From assembly GCA_021800135.1 (NCBI GenBank), contig JAJYZH010000001.1:1-41237 (forward strand): DNA of 41,237 nucleotides, written 5' to 3'. Under the pieces are notes generated by a model. That model searched no databases. It saw only the letters and a program-made list of their open reading frames with translations, and was not told the origin of the DNA. The DNA comes from Candidatus Micrarchaeota archaeon (lineage in GTDB: Archaea; Micrarchaeota; Micrarchaeia; Micrarchaeales; Micrarchaeaceae). Positions within the stretch are counted from its first letter, which is position 1; the number at the start of each line of letters is the position of its first letter. This document shows positions 26,350 to 35,422 of this stretch, in pieces. Position numbers and translations under genes: made by a program.

Positions 26350-26817
26350 TCATTTCTGCGGCTTTTCCTCCTTTGGAGCCTGCGGTTTCTCCTTCTGTGG
26401 CTCCTGCTTCTCCTTTGCCTCCTTTGCCTCCTTTTCCTCCTTTGGCTTTGCGGCAGACTTCCCTGAGACCTTTGAGACTATGTCATCGATCTGTGAGGAT
26501 GCCTTGCCCCTGTTCTCCACGGCCACGGCCGCGCACTGGACATTCAGGCCTATCGACTTGCCCAGCTCCAGCTTGCTTGGCACGAAAATGTAAGGAATCT
26601 TCTTCTGTTCGCATATAGTCGGAAGATGTATTACTACCTCCTCCGGTTCTACATCGCCTGCTATCGCGACGAACGTGGCAATCCCGCGCTCTATGCTTTT
26701 AGTAGCCTCATTCGCGCCTTTCTTTATACTCCCTGTCTGTTTTGCGAGCTGTAGGGCCTCATATGTCTTGGCGACCACTTCGCCAGATGCTTCGAACTTC
26801 ACGTATGATTTTGCCAT
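26350..26817 (-). CDS. rpl7ae: 50S ribosomal protein L7Ae (K-turn binding) with ~40-aa Lys/Glu/Pro-rich C-terminal tail
   Basis: MAKSYVKFE..., KKGANEATKSIERG, and VAIAGDVEPEEVVIHLPTICEQKKIPYIFVPSK are present. I start at ATG 26817; the track ORF adds 4 codons up to 26829. Confidence 0.9.
   Translation of the reverse strand: MAKSYVKFEASGEVVAKTYEALQLAKQTGSIKKGANEATKSIERGIATFVAIAGDVEPEEVVIHLPTICEQKKIPYIFVPSKLELGKSIGLNVQCAAVAVENRGKASSQIDDIVSKVSGKSAAKPKEEKEAKEAKEKQEPQKEKPQAPKEEKPQK
26412..26447. repeat. Four imperfect tandem 9-nt units (CCTTTGCCT-like) encoding the (K/E/A)n tail of L7Ae
   Basis: Read directly from the sequence: cctttgcct cctttgcct ccttttcct cctttggct. Confidence 0.6.
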
Positions 26818-26951
26818 AGATAACACCATCTGTTATTTCACTTCATCGGTTAGCATGAATAAAAGAGTCGGCAGCCAGCGGAAAGAATCTCGCCGATTGC
26901 TTCATCCTTAATAGTTTGGCACAGATACATTTATAATCATTGCACATCGGG

Positions 26952-29147
26952 TCAGCTGACCAGGAAGTCTGCTGGTTTTGGAGGCGTCTCCGGCACCCCT
27001 TTCCTTTTCCTTATCTCCCTTACTATCTGATCCTGCAGTTGTGCGGGCACTTTCTCGTATCCTGCGGTCTCCATAGCCCAGAGCACCCTGCCCTGAGTCA
27101 GGCTTCTGAGGTCATTCGAGAAATTCTTGAGGGTGTCGGCTACAGGCAGCTTCGCCTTTATTATTACCTGCTCCCTGTCCTGCTTTATCTCCAATATAAC
27201 ACCCCTCTTTCCCTGCAGGAAGGTAATCACATCTGACATGTAGTCCTGCGGCACGGTAACCTCATATTTCATCTTGGGCTCAAGGAGCGATTCTCCTGCG
27301 CCGAGAAGCGTGGCGTATATTCCGTTCCTTATCGCCGGAATTACCTGGGCCGGCCCCCTGTGCACTGGGTCTTCGTGTATCGTTGCGTCGACTATGCTGA
27401 TGAGAACGCCAGACACCTTCTGCCTTGCGAGCGGCCCGTCCTTTATCGCTTCTTCAAACCCCTCTATAACATTCTCCATTACCTCGTTTATGTACTGCAC
27501 CCCGTGAGTAACATCGGTGAGGATGCATTTGTTGAATATTTCTACGCTGTTCTTTGCCATATTCCTGTCAAGTCCACACTTTACCATGGTCTCTATGGCC
27601 GCCTGGCCCTTGGGCTTGCCTTCGGCCAGAGTCCCTTCATCGATCGCCTTAAGCAGCTCTTCCGGAAGCGGCTCTACGGTCAGATAGAACTTTGTGTGCC
27701 TGTTCGGGGTCTTGCTCTCCACGGGGCCTGCCTTTGATTCTATTGTCTCGTTGTATAATACTATCGGTTCTCCTGCGATTATCTGTATCCCAAACTCATC
27801 CCTTATCTTGGTCTCTATTATCTCGAGGTGCAGCTCTCCCATTCCGCTTACGAGATGCTCTCCCGTCTCCTGGTTTATTTCGGCCTGTATTGTAGGGTCC
27901 TCCTTTGAGAGCTCCCTCAATGCCTCGATAAGCTTCATGGTGTCCCTTGAATCTTTCGCCTCTATCGCCTTTGTCACCACTGGCTTGGAATAGTGCCTTA
28001 TCGGATCGAACGGCTCTATCACGTCCTCGCTCAGGGTGTCGCCTATCGTAAGGTCCCTTAGGCCCACTATCGCAGCGATGTTTCCTGCGGGCACCTCATC
28101 CACAAGCACACGATCCGGTCCCATATAGACCCCCACCTGCTGTATCTTCTGCGTCTGGTTCTTCCCGGATATGTGCAGCTCAACGCCCTTCTTAGCCGAT
28201 CCTGAGAATACGCGGCCTATTGCAACCTCTCCGCTATGCTGGTCGTAGGTTATTCCAAAGACGACTATTATGGTCTTTGCGTTGTGGTTCACTTCCATCA
28301 TGGCCTTGCCGCTCTCGCTCTGCATGTCGCCATGCCATATGAGAGGTATCCTGTACGGCTGCGACTGCTTCGGATTCGGGAGATTGTCGACCACCATGGA
28401 GAGTATGGCCTCATCCACTGGTGCGATATTCTGCAGTTCTGCCTCCTTTCCGGTAGTGAAATAGTTGAAGATGTCTTTGAATGTTATGTGGTATTTCTCC
28501 ATTATAGTCTTGGAGACGGCCCACTTGTCAAAAGCTGAGCCGAACGCCACGCTGTTGTCTTCCACGCTGACCTTCCATTTGTCTACGAATTCGGGGGGCG
28601 CGAACTGCTCTATTAGATAGTTGACCTTTCCCACCAACTCCAGCAGCCTCTGGTATGTCTGCTCTGGAGTCAATCGAAGCTCCTTGAGCAGCCTGTCAAC
28701 CTTGTTAACGAATAGTATCGGTTGGACTTTCTCCTTCAACGCCTGTTTTAGCACGGTCTCCGTCTGCGGCATTATCATCTCCACGGGGTCGACTACCAGG
28801 ACTGCCCCGTCGACTGCCCTCATGGACCTGGTTACATGGCCGCCGAAGTCCACGTGGCCAGGGGTGTCTATCAGGTTTATTATGTACTCCTTGTCTTTGT
28901 ACTCAAAACCGAGGGATATGTCTGCCGACTTTATTGTAAGGCGCCTTGCCTTCTCTATCTCCTCGTAGTTTGTATATAGGGCTTCCCCTGCGACGACCTT
29001 AGATATGAGTCCTGCCCTTGCCAGAAGCGAATCCGTAAGCGTAGTCTTCCCATGGTGCACGTGCGCTATTATCGCTATATTCCTTATGCTGTCGTGATTC
29101 TTCATTAGCTTTGATATCTCCCCTACCATGAATTCCTTTCTGACCAT
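26952..29147 (-). CDS. fusA: Translation elongation factor 2 (aEF-2)
   Basis: G1 AIIAHVHHGKTTL, DTPGH and NKVD motifs plus the diphthamide-region HEDPVHRG. The track ORF starts at GTG 29156. ATG 29147 (MVRKEF...) is preferred, 11 nt after the rps7 stop. Confidence 0.92.
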   Translation of the reverse strand: MVRKEFMVGEISKLMKNHDSIRNIAIIAHVHHGKTTLTDSLLARAGLISKVVAGEALYTNYEEIEKARRLTIKSADISLGFEYKDKEYIINLIDTPGHVDFGGHVTRSMRAVDGAVLVVDPVEMIMPQTETVLKQALKEKVQPILFVNKVDRLLKELRLTPEQTYQRLLELVGKVNYLIEQFAPPEFVDKWKVSVEDNSVAFGSAFDKWAVSKTIMEKYHITFKDIFNYFTTGKEAELQNIAPVDEAILSMVVDNLPNPKQSQPYRIPLIWHGDMQSESGKAMMEVNHNAKTIIVVFGITYDQHSGEVAIGRVFSGSAKKGVELHISGKNQTQKIQQVGVYMGPDRVLVDEVPAGNIAAIVGLRDLTIGDTLSEDVIEPFDPIRHYSKPVVTKAIEAKDSRDTMKLIEALRELSKEDPTIQAEINQETGEHLVSGMGELHLEIIETKIRDEFGIQIIAGEPIVLYNETIESKAGPVESKTPNRHTKFYLTVEPLPEELLKAIDEGTLAEGKPKGQAAIETMVKCGLDRNMAKNSVEIFNKCILTDVTHGVQYINEVMENVIEGFEEAIKDGPLARQKVSGVLISIVDATIHEDPVHRGPAQVIPAIRNGIYATLLGAGESLLEPKMKYEVTVPQDYMSDVITFLQGKRGVILEIKQDREQVIIKAKLPVADTLKNFSNDLRSLTQGRVLWAMETAGYEKVPAQLQDQIVREIRKRKGVPETPPKPADFLVS

Positions 29148-29158
29148 AATTAGCACCG

Positions 29159-29923
29159 CTACCTTGCGCTTCTAGCCATGCGTTCTATCTCATTCTTCCT
29201 CTTTATTGCGTAACTGTTTATATCGTTGTTTGCCGCCATGAGGACCTCGTCGGCGAGCGCGTCCAGTATGCTTTTTCTCTTGTGGAATGCCCCGATCACG
29301 GTAGCGTATGCGAGGTTCCTGAGCGCTATGTCAAGCCTTTTGCTCGCGCTTATGTCTACCGTCACGTTCGCGACAACACCTCCGTATCTGACCCTTGTCG
29401 TGTCTTCTATTGGTGCGCTGTTCTCTATAGCCCGGACAAGCACTTGCAATGGATTCTCCTTTGTCCTCGCGGCTATCTTCTCAAACGCCCCTTCTATTAT
29501 GTGCATTACCTTTATCTTTTTGCCCTGGAGGCGGCCTTTCGTCCTGATTACGTGGCTCCCGATCTTCTTTCCTGTGCCGCCCCTCATAAGGTAATTCTCC
29601 AGCCTTTCTACTACGTTTATGCCGCGTTTTGACAGGTCCTTGTTGCTGCCCCTCCTGAAACTATTCGGATACTCGAGCGGCTTAAGGTTTATGTAGTTCT
29701 TCAGGCTCGGATCTGAGACTGTTACATCATATCCGTATTTGCCGAATAGTTTTATTTCCACTAGGCCGAGCTCTGAAGATCGCTCTTCCTTCTGCCTTGG
29801 CACGCTTCTCCTCCTTTTCGGCTCGGCCTCGGTCTGGGGCACTTTCGGTGCCTCTGCCGGCTGCTGTGCTAGCTCTGCGGATCCGTGATCCTTAATTGCA
29901 AGACTGTTAGATTCGGCTGCCAT
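29159..29923 (-). CDS. rps7: 30S ribosomal protein S7 with ~55-aa N-terminal extension
   Basis: The core starts at IKLFGKYGYDV... and ends ...NEIERMARSAR. It is preceded by a charged, Ala/Pro/Glu-rich segment. Confidence 0.88.
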   Translation of the reverse strand: MAAESNSLAIKDHGSAELAQQPAEAPKVPQTEAEPKRRRSVPRQKEERSSELGLVEIKLFGKYGYDVTVSDPSLKNYINLKPLEYPNSFRRGSNKDLSKRGINVVERLENYLMRGGTGKKIGSHVIRTKGRLQGKKIKVMHIIEGAFEKIAARTKENPLQVLVRAIENSAPIEDTTRVRYGGVVANVTVDISASKRLDIALRNLAYATVIGAFHKRKSILDALADEVLMAANNDINSYAIKRKNEIERMARSAR

Positions 29924-29930
29924 AAATTCA

Positions 29931-30359
29931 CTATCTCTTTGGCTTCTCCTTTCTACCTGTTCTTATCTCTTCAAGGCTTGTGCCGTTTACTTCGACAACT
30001 TTGAAACGCACTCCCGGGATAGCCCCCATCTGCCCCCTCTGCGAACCCCCGAGTCCTTCTATCGTCACTTCGTCGTGCTCGTCTATGAAGTTTATCGATC
30101 CGTCACGCGGTACGAAAGCCCCGACTATCTTGCTGTTCTTTATGAGCTGTACCCTTACGCATTTTATGAGCCCGGAGTTGGGCTGCTTCTGCTGCAGCAT
30201 AAACTTCTGGAGAACGAGCGCCTTGGCCCTCGGGACTACACCTACAGGGTCGTACTTCTGCTTCAGCTTCAACTTCTTCCTCTTTAGCCATTTCTTGAGC
30301 ATTGCCTGGTGTCTCCTCTGCTTCAAAAGTTTCCTAGCGGCGAATTCTCCATTTCCCAT
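29931..30359 (-). CDS. rps12: 30S ribosomal protein S12
   Basis: GEFAARKLLKQRR..., KQPNSGLIKCVRVQLIKN and IPGVRFKVV are present. The track ORF starts at GTG 30368, overlapping rpl30e. ATG 30359 (MGNGEFAARK) is preferred. Confidence 0.9.
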   Translation of the reverse strand: MGNGEFAARKLLKQRRHQAMLKKWLKRKKLKLKQKYDPVGVVPRAKALVLQKFMLQQKQPNSGLIKCVRVQLIKNSKIVGAFVPRDGSINFIDEHDEVTIEGLGGSQRGQMGAIPGVRFKVVEVNGTSLEEIRTGRKEKPKR

Positions 30360-30364
30360 TTTAA

Positions 30365-30757
30365 TCACGCATCTGCATTCTCGGCCTCTGCCGTTTCGGT
30401 TTCCTCGCTTGAATTATCCTCTTTGCCGTCTTCTGGTCCATTTTCCTCCTCTGCTTTCGAGTAGTCCGCAGTAAGTATGTTCGAATTGCCAGGCTTTATT
30501 ATAGACAGCGCCGAAACCGAGAATGGCTTTCCGCAGACAGTCCCAAGGTCCATCGAATTGCCGCTGAATAGCATAATCTTTACTTCGGACAGTTTCGCCA
30601 GATGTGTTATATCGTCGTAAAGCTCCTTCTTCCCTAGCGACGCAAGTATGACGAGCTTCGAAGTGCTGCCCTTTATTGAGGATATTACACTTTCCGCTCC
30701 TATGGCTACCTCGCCGCTGTCTACAGCTAAACGTATATCTCTTGCTAGGTCCGCCAT
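30365..30757 (-). CDS. rpl30e: 50S ribosomal protein L30e with acidic C-terminal extension
   Basis: DIRLAVDSGEVAIGAESVISSIKGSTSKLVILAS... core, followed by a Glu/Asp-rich tail of about 30 aa (AEEENGPEDGKEDNSSEETETAEAENADA). Confidence 0.8.
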   Translation of the reverse strand: MADLARDIRLAVDSGEVAIGAESVISSIKGSTSKLVILASLGKKELYDDITHLAKLSEVKIMLFSGNSMDLGTVCGKPFSVSALSIIKPGNSNILTADYSKAEEENGPEDGKEDNSSEETETAEAENADA

Positions 30758-30866
30758 AAAACCACAGAAGGCAGTAATACAAGAATGATTAACTTGCAGA
30801 AATTATAAGGACTACTCTTCTTTTAAGGATAGAAACATATATATTTATTTTGAATTTGCGGAAGCG

Positions 30867-31925
30867 TCAGTTTACCATCGTGGAGTTGCACCCCGCAGGC
30901 GCGCTTATCTGCCTGCTGAATATCAGGCGCAGGTAGCCTATATACGGGATTACTGCGATAACCTTGCCTTCTATGTAGTTCTCTGTAGAGTTGACTAGTA
31001 TTGGATAGTTGCCGTACTGTATATCAAGGCCAGGGTTGTTGTCCCCCTTTGTAAGCACATAGTAGTTGCTTCCGGAATGGATAATAGCATATACCCTGTG
31101 GACTATATAGTTGTCTCCTTCCTCGTAGAATATGTCTTCGGGAAGGGTTTTGTATACTACTATTGAATTGTTCTTGTCGCCGTTTATTGTAGTATTCCCT
31201 ATAGTTATGGATTTCGTATAGGCTTCCTGTATTGTACTGCCGCTGCTGAGCCTTACGTCTGAGATCCCGCATGAGTACTGTATAAGTCCGGTCTGAGAGG
31301 ACTGCTGCACCAGCTCCCCTCCCCCGAGGTTTGATTTGTACAGGGCAAGGCTGTCCCCTGGGTGGTATTGCACGCTTGCGGATGCGGGGTCGCTTTGATT
31401 GTATGCTACGCAGAACATGAAATCACTGCTGAAGTTGCCGATGGTCCTATTCCATACTGCCTGATTCACATTGACTATCGGAGCGTTAATCTTTGTCGCG
31501 TTGCTGATCCCATGTATCGCTATGAGGTCTCCGCGGTGCAGGACGGGGAGCATGCTGCATGTGGGCACAACATTTATCGGCTCCGGTGTGCTTAGCAGCG
31601 CCTGCAGTGATAGCCAGAAGATTATCACTATCACTATTGCCGCGACCAGCTCTATCGCGCTTTTCTTCCCTCCTTCCTCATGCAGGCTCCCCAAAACTTC
31701 TATAACTATTACCGCGATTATCATAAGGAAAACAACGATCCCAAAAACAGCCGAGAGCACGGGCGTCCTTTGGAAGAGGATATAAAGCGCAAAGAATGCC
31801 ACAATGAGTATGTATAGGGGTATGGTGTTTATCCCCTTCGCCTTGGACTTTGAGGCTTGTTTGGCGGCAGGCTTTTGTGCTTGTAAAGAGCCGCGCACCC
31901 TACGTCTTACGGCTGTAGAGGCCAT
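30867..31925 (-). CDS. Signal peptidase I (archaeal Sec11/S26B type) with extended N-terminus and large internal insertion
   Basis: Ser box CSMLPVLHRGDL (Ser about aa 124), His box IVHRVYAI (about aa 286) and TKGDNNPG box. Hydrophobic helices lie N-terminal to the catalytic domain. Confidence 0.75.
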   Translation of the reverse strand: MASTAVRRRVRGSLQAQKPAAKQASKSKAKGINTIPLYILIVAFFALYILFQRTPVLSAVFGIVVFLMIIAVIVIEVLGSLHEEGGKKSAIELVAAIVIVIIFWLSLQALLSTPEPINVVPTCSMLPVLHRGDLIAIHGISNATKINAPIVNVNQAVWNRTIGNFSSDFMFCVAYNQSDPASASVQYHPGDSLALYKSNLGGGELVQQSSQTGLIQYSCGISDVRLSSGSTIQEAYTKSITIGNTTINGDKNNSIVVYKTLPEDIFYEEGDNYIVHRVYAIIHSGSNYYVLTKGDNNPGLDIQYGNYPILVNSTENYIEGKVIAVIPYIGYLRLIFSRQISAPAGCNSTMVN

Positions 31926-34900
31926 CAGTTACCACCCTGCCCGTTAATGCCGGTTATGGGTTGTGTCTCTATCTGCAGCCCTACAACGCGGGATTCACCT
32001 TCCTGTCTCATCACGCCTATCGCGGTATCGGCGGCCTGTATGAGCGCGTTGTTGTGGCTCACCACTATGAACTGCGAGTTCTTGCTGAGCTCCTTTGTCA
32101 GTTTCGAAAGCTTGATTGAATTCTCCTCGTCGAGGGCCGAATCTATCTCGTCGAAAATGTAGAATGACATCGGGTTCATCAGCTGTATCGAAAACAGGAG
32201 CATTAGGGAGATGAGGGATTTCTCGCCTCCTGATTTGCTTTCCAGATTTGCCCTTGTCTTCCCTTTTGCGGGGAGGTTTATTATCAGCCCAGAATTGAAT
32301 GGGTCGCTTGGGTCTGACAGCCCCAGCGTGGCGGTCCCTTCGAAGACACTGGAATACAGCCTTGAGAAGTTTGTATTTACCTTGGCAAGCGTCTCGTTGA
32401 ATATATTGAGCTTCTTCCTTTCTACTTCGTCTATTATGGCTATTATCGAATTCTTTTCGTTCTCCAGCGTAGACAGCTTCTGTGTTGCTTCCTCTACCAT
32501 CTTCTTCCTTTCGGAGTACATCTCGGGGGCCTTGAGATTTACAGGGCCGAGCACTTCAATCTCGTTCTTCAGCACGGCGGCCTTCTCTTCAAGTGTCTTC
32601 AGCGAGGATATGTCCAGGACTTGCACGTCGTGGTAAGACATTAGTTCGGCCTTTATGTCCCCCAACCTCGTCTGCGCCTGCGCTATTGCCATCTCATATT
32701 CCTGCACCTTATCCTTCGCCTTTGAAAGCTCGCTTTCAAACTTCCCTTTTTCGAAACTCAGCTTTGATATCTTCTCGTCATATTGGGAGATCTGCTTGTA
32801 TAGTGATGCTGACTCAGAGTCGTGGCCTTTTATTGCATTCTCCATCTCCTTTCTCTTTGCTGACAGCCCCCCTATTTCAAGATTCAACTGCGCGTTCTCC
32901 TCCCTGGCAGCGCGTATCTCGTCTGCAGCCGAGGCGATTTCCTTAGATAAGGCCAGAATCCTCCCGCGCATCATCTCGTTTTCCTTCTCCTTGGAAGCTG
33001 TTGCCATCTTCATCTGCTCAATCTCTCCCCTTAGCTTCTTTGCCCGCTCAACCTTCTCCTTGTTTGCCTTCCTTGACCCTGATTCTGAGAGCCTACCGGA
33101 TATGATCGAATATAATCTCAATTCTTCGGCTTTGAGCCCGACTTTTTTGGTGTTAAGTGCATCGGCCTTCTCTTTTAGCGAGACAACCACTTCCCTCAGC
33201 CTCCGCATGTCTTCATCCCTCTTCGCCTTTTCGTCCTTGAGCGATGACAGCCTTGCTACCCGCTTGTCTGATTCCTCTTTGCCTCTGCTTACTTCCGAGG
33301 TTTTGGAAATCAGCTGGACATCATAACCTGCAATCTCCTTTCTCAATGCATCCATCTCGCGTTCACGCTTTTCTATCTCGTTAGACAGTGCAGACCGCTC
33401 TTCCTGCAAAGCGTGCAGCTTAGAGGTAAGAGCTGAAAGAGAGGGTTGTTTCCTTATGGTCCCACCAGTTACTACACCTGAGGGTTCAATGAGTTCCCCA
33501 TCGAGCGTCACAAACCTCGCTTTGCCTATCCCCGCCTCCTTCGCCTTTAGGACGCTTTCGACCAGATAGGTGTTCGAAAAGACATACTCTATCGCGGCGC
33601 TGAATTTCCTGTCGTATTTGACAAGGTCTATCACTGGTTTGAGCGATGCGATCTTTGCGCGGGAACCTGTAAGTATCTCGTTGAGGGGTATAAACGAGGC
33701 CCTCTCTGCACCATTGGCCTTCAGGAGTTCTATAGCTTTGTTTGCATCCTCTATTGAGCCTACAACAAAATAGTTTATGCGGTTCTGAGACGCTGCATAA
33801 ATGGCGTTTGCATTCTTATCGTCATACTCGCACAGATCCTTGACCCTGCCGTAGAAACCCGCGCCCATGGACTTCTTCAACAGTGAGAGAGTCTTATCGG
33901 ATGAGCCTGCCATTGAAATGCTTTCTTTCGAGTGCAGTATTTCGAGGTCAAGCTGTCCTGCTTTTGATGCGGACGTGCTTGAACTGGACTCCAGTTCCTT
34001 CAGCAGCAGGCGTTTCTTTTTTATCTCCAGACTTAGCGATTCTATTCCGCCTCTGTTTTTCAATATTTCGGATTCTATCGATGAATGGTCTTCTGAAACC
34101 GTTTCTATTTCCTTGTTAAGCACGATCAGCTTCTCCCCGAGCGACTCTGCCGCTGCATTGGCCCTGCTTAGCTCAGATATGGCGGCCTCGATCTCGTTGG
34201 ACAGCTCCTCTATTTCGCCGCGGACTCCATTGTATTCGGTAGTTATATCTGCATTTCCATCTTCTGACTCGGACCATACCTCGCTTTCAGCCAGCTCTTT
34301 CAGCTTTGGTCCCATCTCCTTCTTGAATGCCGTTAGTTCCTTTTCATTCGCTTCTGTTCTCGCCTTTAGTTCTGCTTCTTCGTCTTTGGCCTTACGCTGA
34401 ATTTCGGTATTGGTTAAAATCGTGTTCTCAAGTGATTTGCCCCTTTCTTCCTTCACTGCAATCTCTTTCGATAGCTCTTCTATCACATGGTTGGTCGAGT
34501 TTATCTCGATTGAACGTTTGTTTAGTTCTGCGCTCCTCTTTTCCTTCTCAGACGCTAGCCGCGATATCTCTGACTCGGCCTTCGCTATGCTCTCCTCTGA
34601 TTCATTCTTTTTCCTTTTACTCTCGTCGCGCAACCCTGAGGACTTTGTGAGATCATCGGAAAGTTGCTGTTCCCTGAGTTTCAGGGAGGTAAAGTTTACC
34701 CTCTTCAGCGTAGATGTCATTTCTAGGTATTTCTCTGCGTCGGTCTTTTCTTTCTCCAGTTCGTTTAGGAATCCCATGCGTTCGTCCAGCATTATCTTTG
34801 CCCCACTTATCTTCTCCTCTACCTTCTCTAGCTCTTTCATTGATGCTTCCTTCTTCTCGTCGAATTCTCTTATCCCAGCAGCCACGTCTATGAGCTCGCG

Positions 34901-35353
34901 CCTTTCCTTTGCGTTAAGATTCAGCATCCTGATTATCTCTCCCTGGGTTATCGTATTGGTTATCTCTATTCCGCCCCTGTTGGCCCTAAGCACGTCTATG
35001 ACCTCCTGCCTGGTCGCATGCTTCCCGTTGAGCCTATAGCCTACTTTGTTGTTTGATTTCACATGTCTGACTATATCCAGATCCTTGTCCCCGGACATTT
35101 TTATGGAAACCCAGGCCCTTTTTATACCGTCTTCGGGATTCGGCTTGGCTGCGTCGTTTATAAGCTGGGTGGAATTCGTTACCCTTATTCTTTTCAGCGA
35201 GTTTTCCCCGAACGCAAAAAGCAGTGAGTCGCATATGTTTGACTTGCCTGATCCGTTGGGTCCCACTATACAATTGAAGCCTTTGCTGAAGCGTATGGTA
35301 GCGCTGCGAAATGACTTGAAGTTATGAAGAGACACCCTGTCTAGATATAGCAT
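31925..35353 (-). CDS. smc: Chromosome segregation protein SMC
   Basis: 1142 aa with Walker A GPNGSGKSN, long coiled coils flanking a hinge (GRVKDLCEYD...), signature SGGEKSL and Walker B FYIFDEIDSALD. Confidence 0.92.
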   Translation of the reverse strand: MLYLDRVSLHNFKSFRSATIRFSKGFNCIVGPNGSGKSNICDSLLFAFGENSLKRIRVTNSTQLINDAAKPNPEDGIKRAWVSIKMSGDKDLDIVRHVKSNNKVGYRLNGKHATRQEVIDVLRANRGGIEITNTITQGEIIRMLNLNAKERRELIDVAAGIREFDEKKEASMKELEKVEEKISGAKIMLDERMGFLNELEKEKTDAEKYLEMTSTLKRVNFTSLKLREQQLSDDLTKSSGLRDESKRKKNESEESIAKAESEISRLASEKEKRSAELNKRSIEINSTNHVIEELSKEIAVKEERGKSLENTILTNTEIQRKAKDEEAELKARTEANEKELTAFKKEMGPKLKELAESEVWSESEDGNADITTEYNGVRGEIEELSNEIEAAISELSRANAAAESLGEKLIVLNKEIETVSEDHSSIESEILKNRGGIESLSLEIKKKRLLLKELESSSSTSASKAGQLDLEILHSKESISMAGSSDKTLSLLKKSMGAGFYGRVKDLCEYDDKNANAIYAASQNRINYFVVGSIEDANKAIELLKANGAERASFIPLNEILTGSRAKIASLKPVIDLVKYDRKFSAAIEYVFSNTYLVESVLKAKEAGIGKARFVTLDGELIEPSGVVTGGTIRKQPSLSALTSKLHALQEERSALSNEIEKREREMDALRKEIAGYDVQLISKTSEVSRGKEESDKRVARLSSLKDEKAKRDEDMRRLREVVVSLKEKADALNTKKVGLKAEELRLYSIISGRLSESGSRKANKEKVERAKKLRGEIEQMKMATASKEKENEMMRGRILALSKEIASAADEIRAAREENAQLNLEIGGLSAKRKEMENAIKGHDSESASLYKQISQYDEKISKLSFEKGKFESELSKAKDKVQEYEMAIAQAQTRLGDIKAELMSYHDVQVLDISSLKTLEEKAAVLKNEIEVLGPVNLKAPEMYSERKKMVEEATQKLSTLENEKNSIIAIIDEVERKKLNIFNETLAKVNTNFSRLYSSVFEGTATLGLSDPSDPFNSGLIINLPAKGKTRANLESKSGGEKSLISLMLLFSIQLMNPMSFYIFDEIDSALDEENSIKLSKLTKELSKNSQFIVVSHNNALIQAADTAIGVMRQEGESRVVGLQIETQPITGINGQGGN

Positions 35354-35422
35354 ACTGCTTACCTGGTCGCTTTAGCTGTAAATAGTTATTCCCTGAAACT
35401 CTTTTATTTGTTTCTTCTACCC

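Noticed and set aside
31947-35327. Series of long plus-strand ORFs (e.g. 32211..32636, 32655..33326, 33867..34400, 34410..35039) inside smc
   Set aside because: All are antisense to the SMC coiled-coil region. Their Ser/Phe/Leu-rich translations are the expected mirror of Glu/Lys/Leu-rich codons. SMC is continuous with intact Walker A, signature and Walker B motifs.
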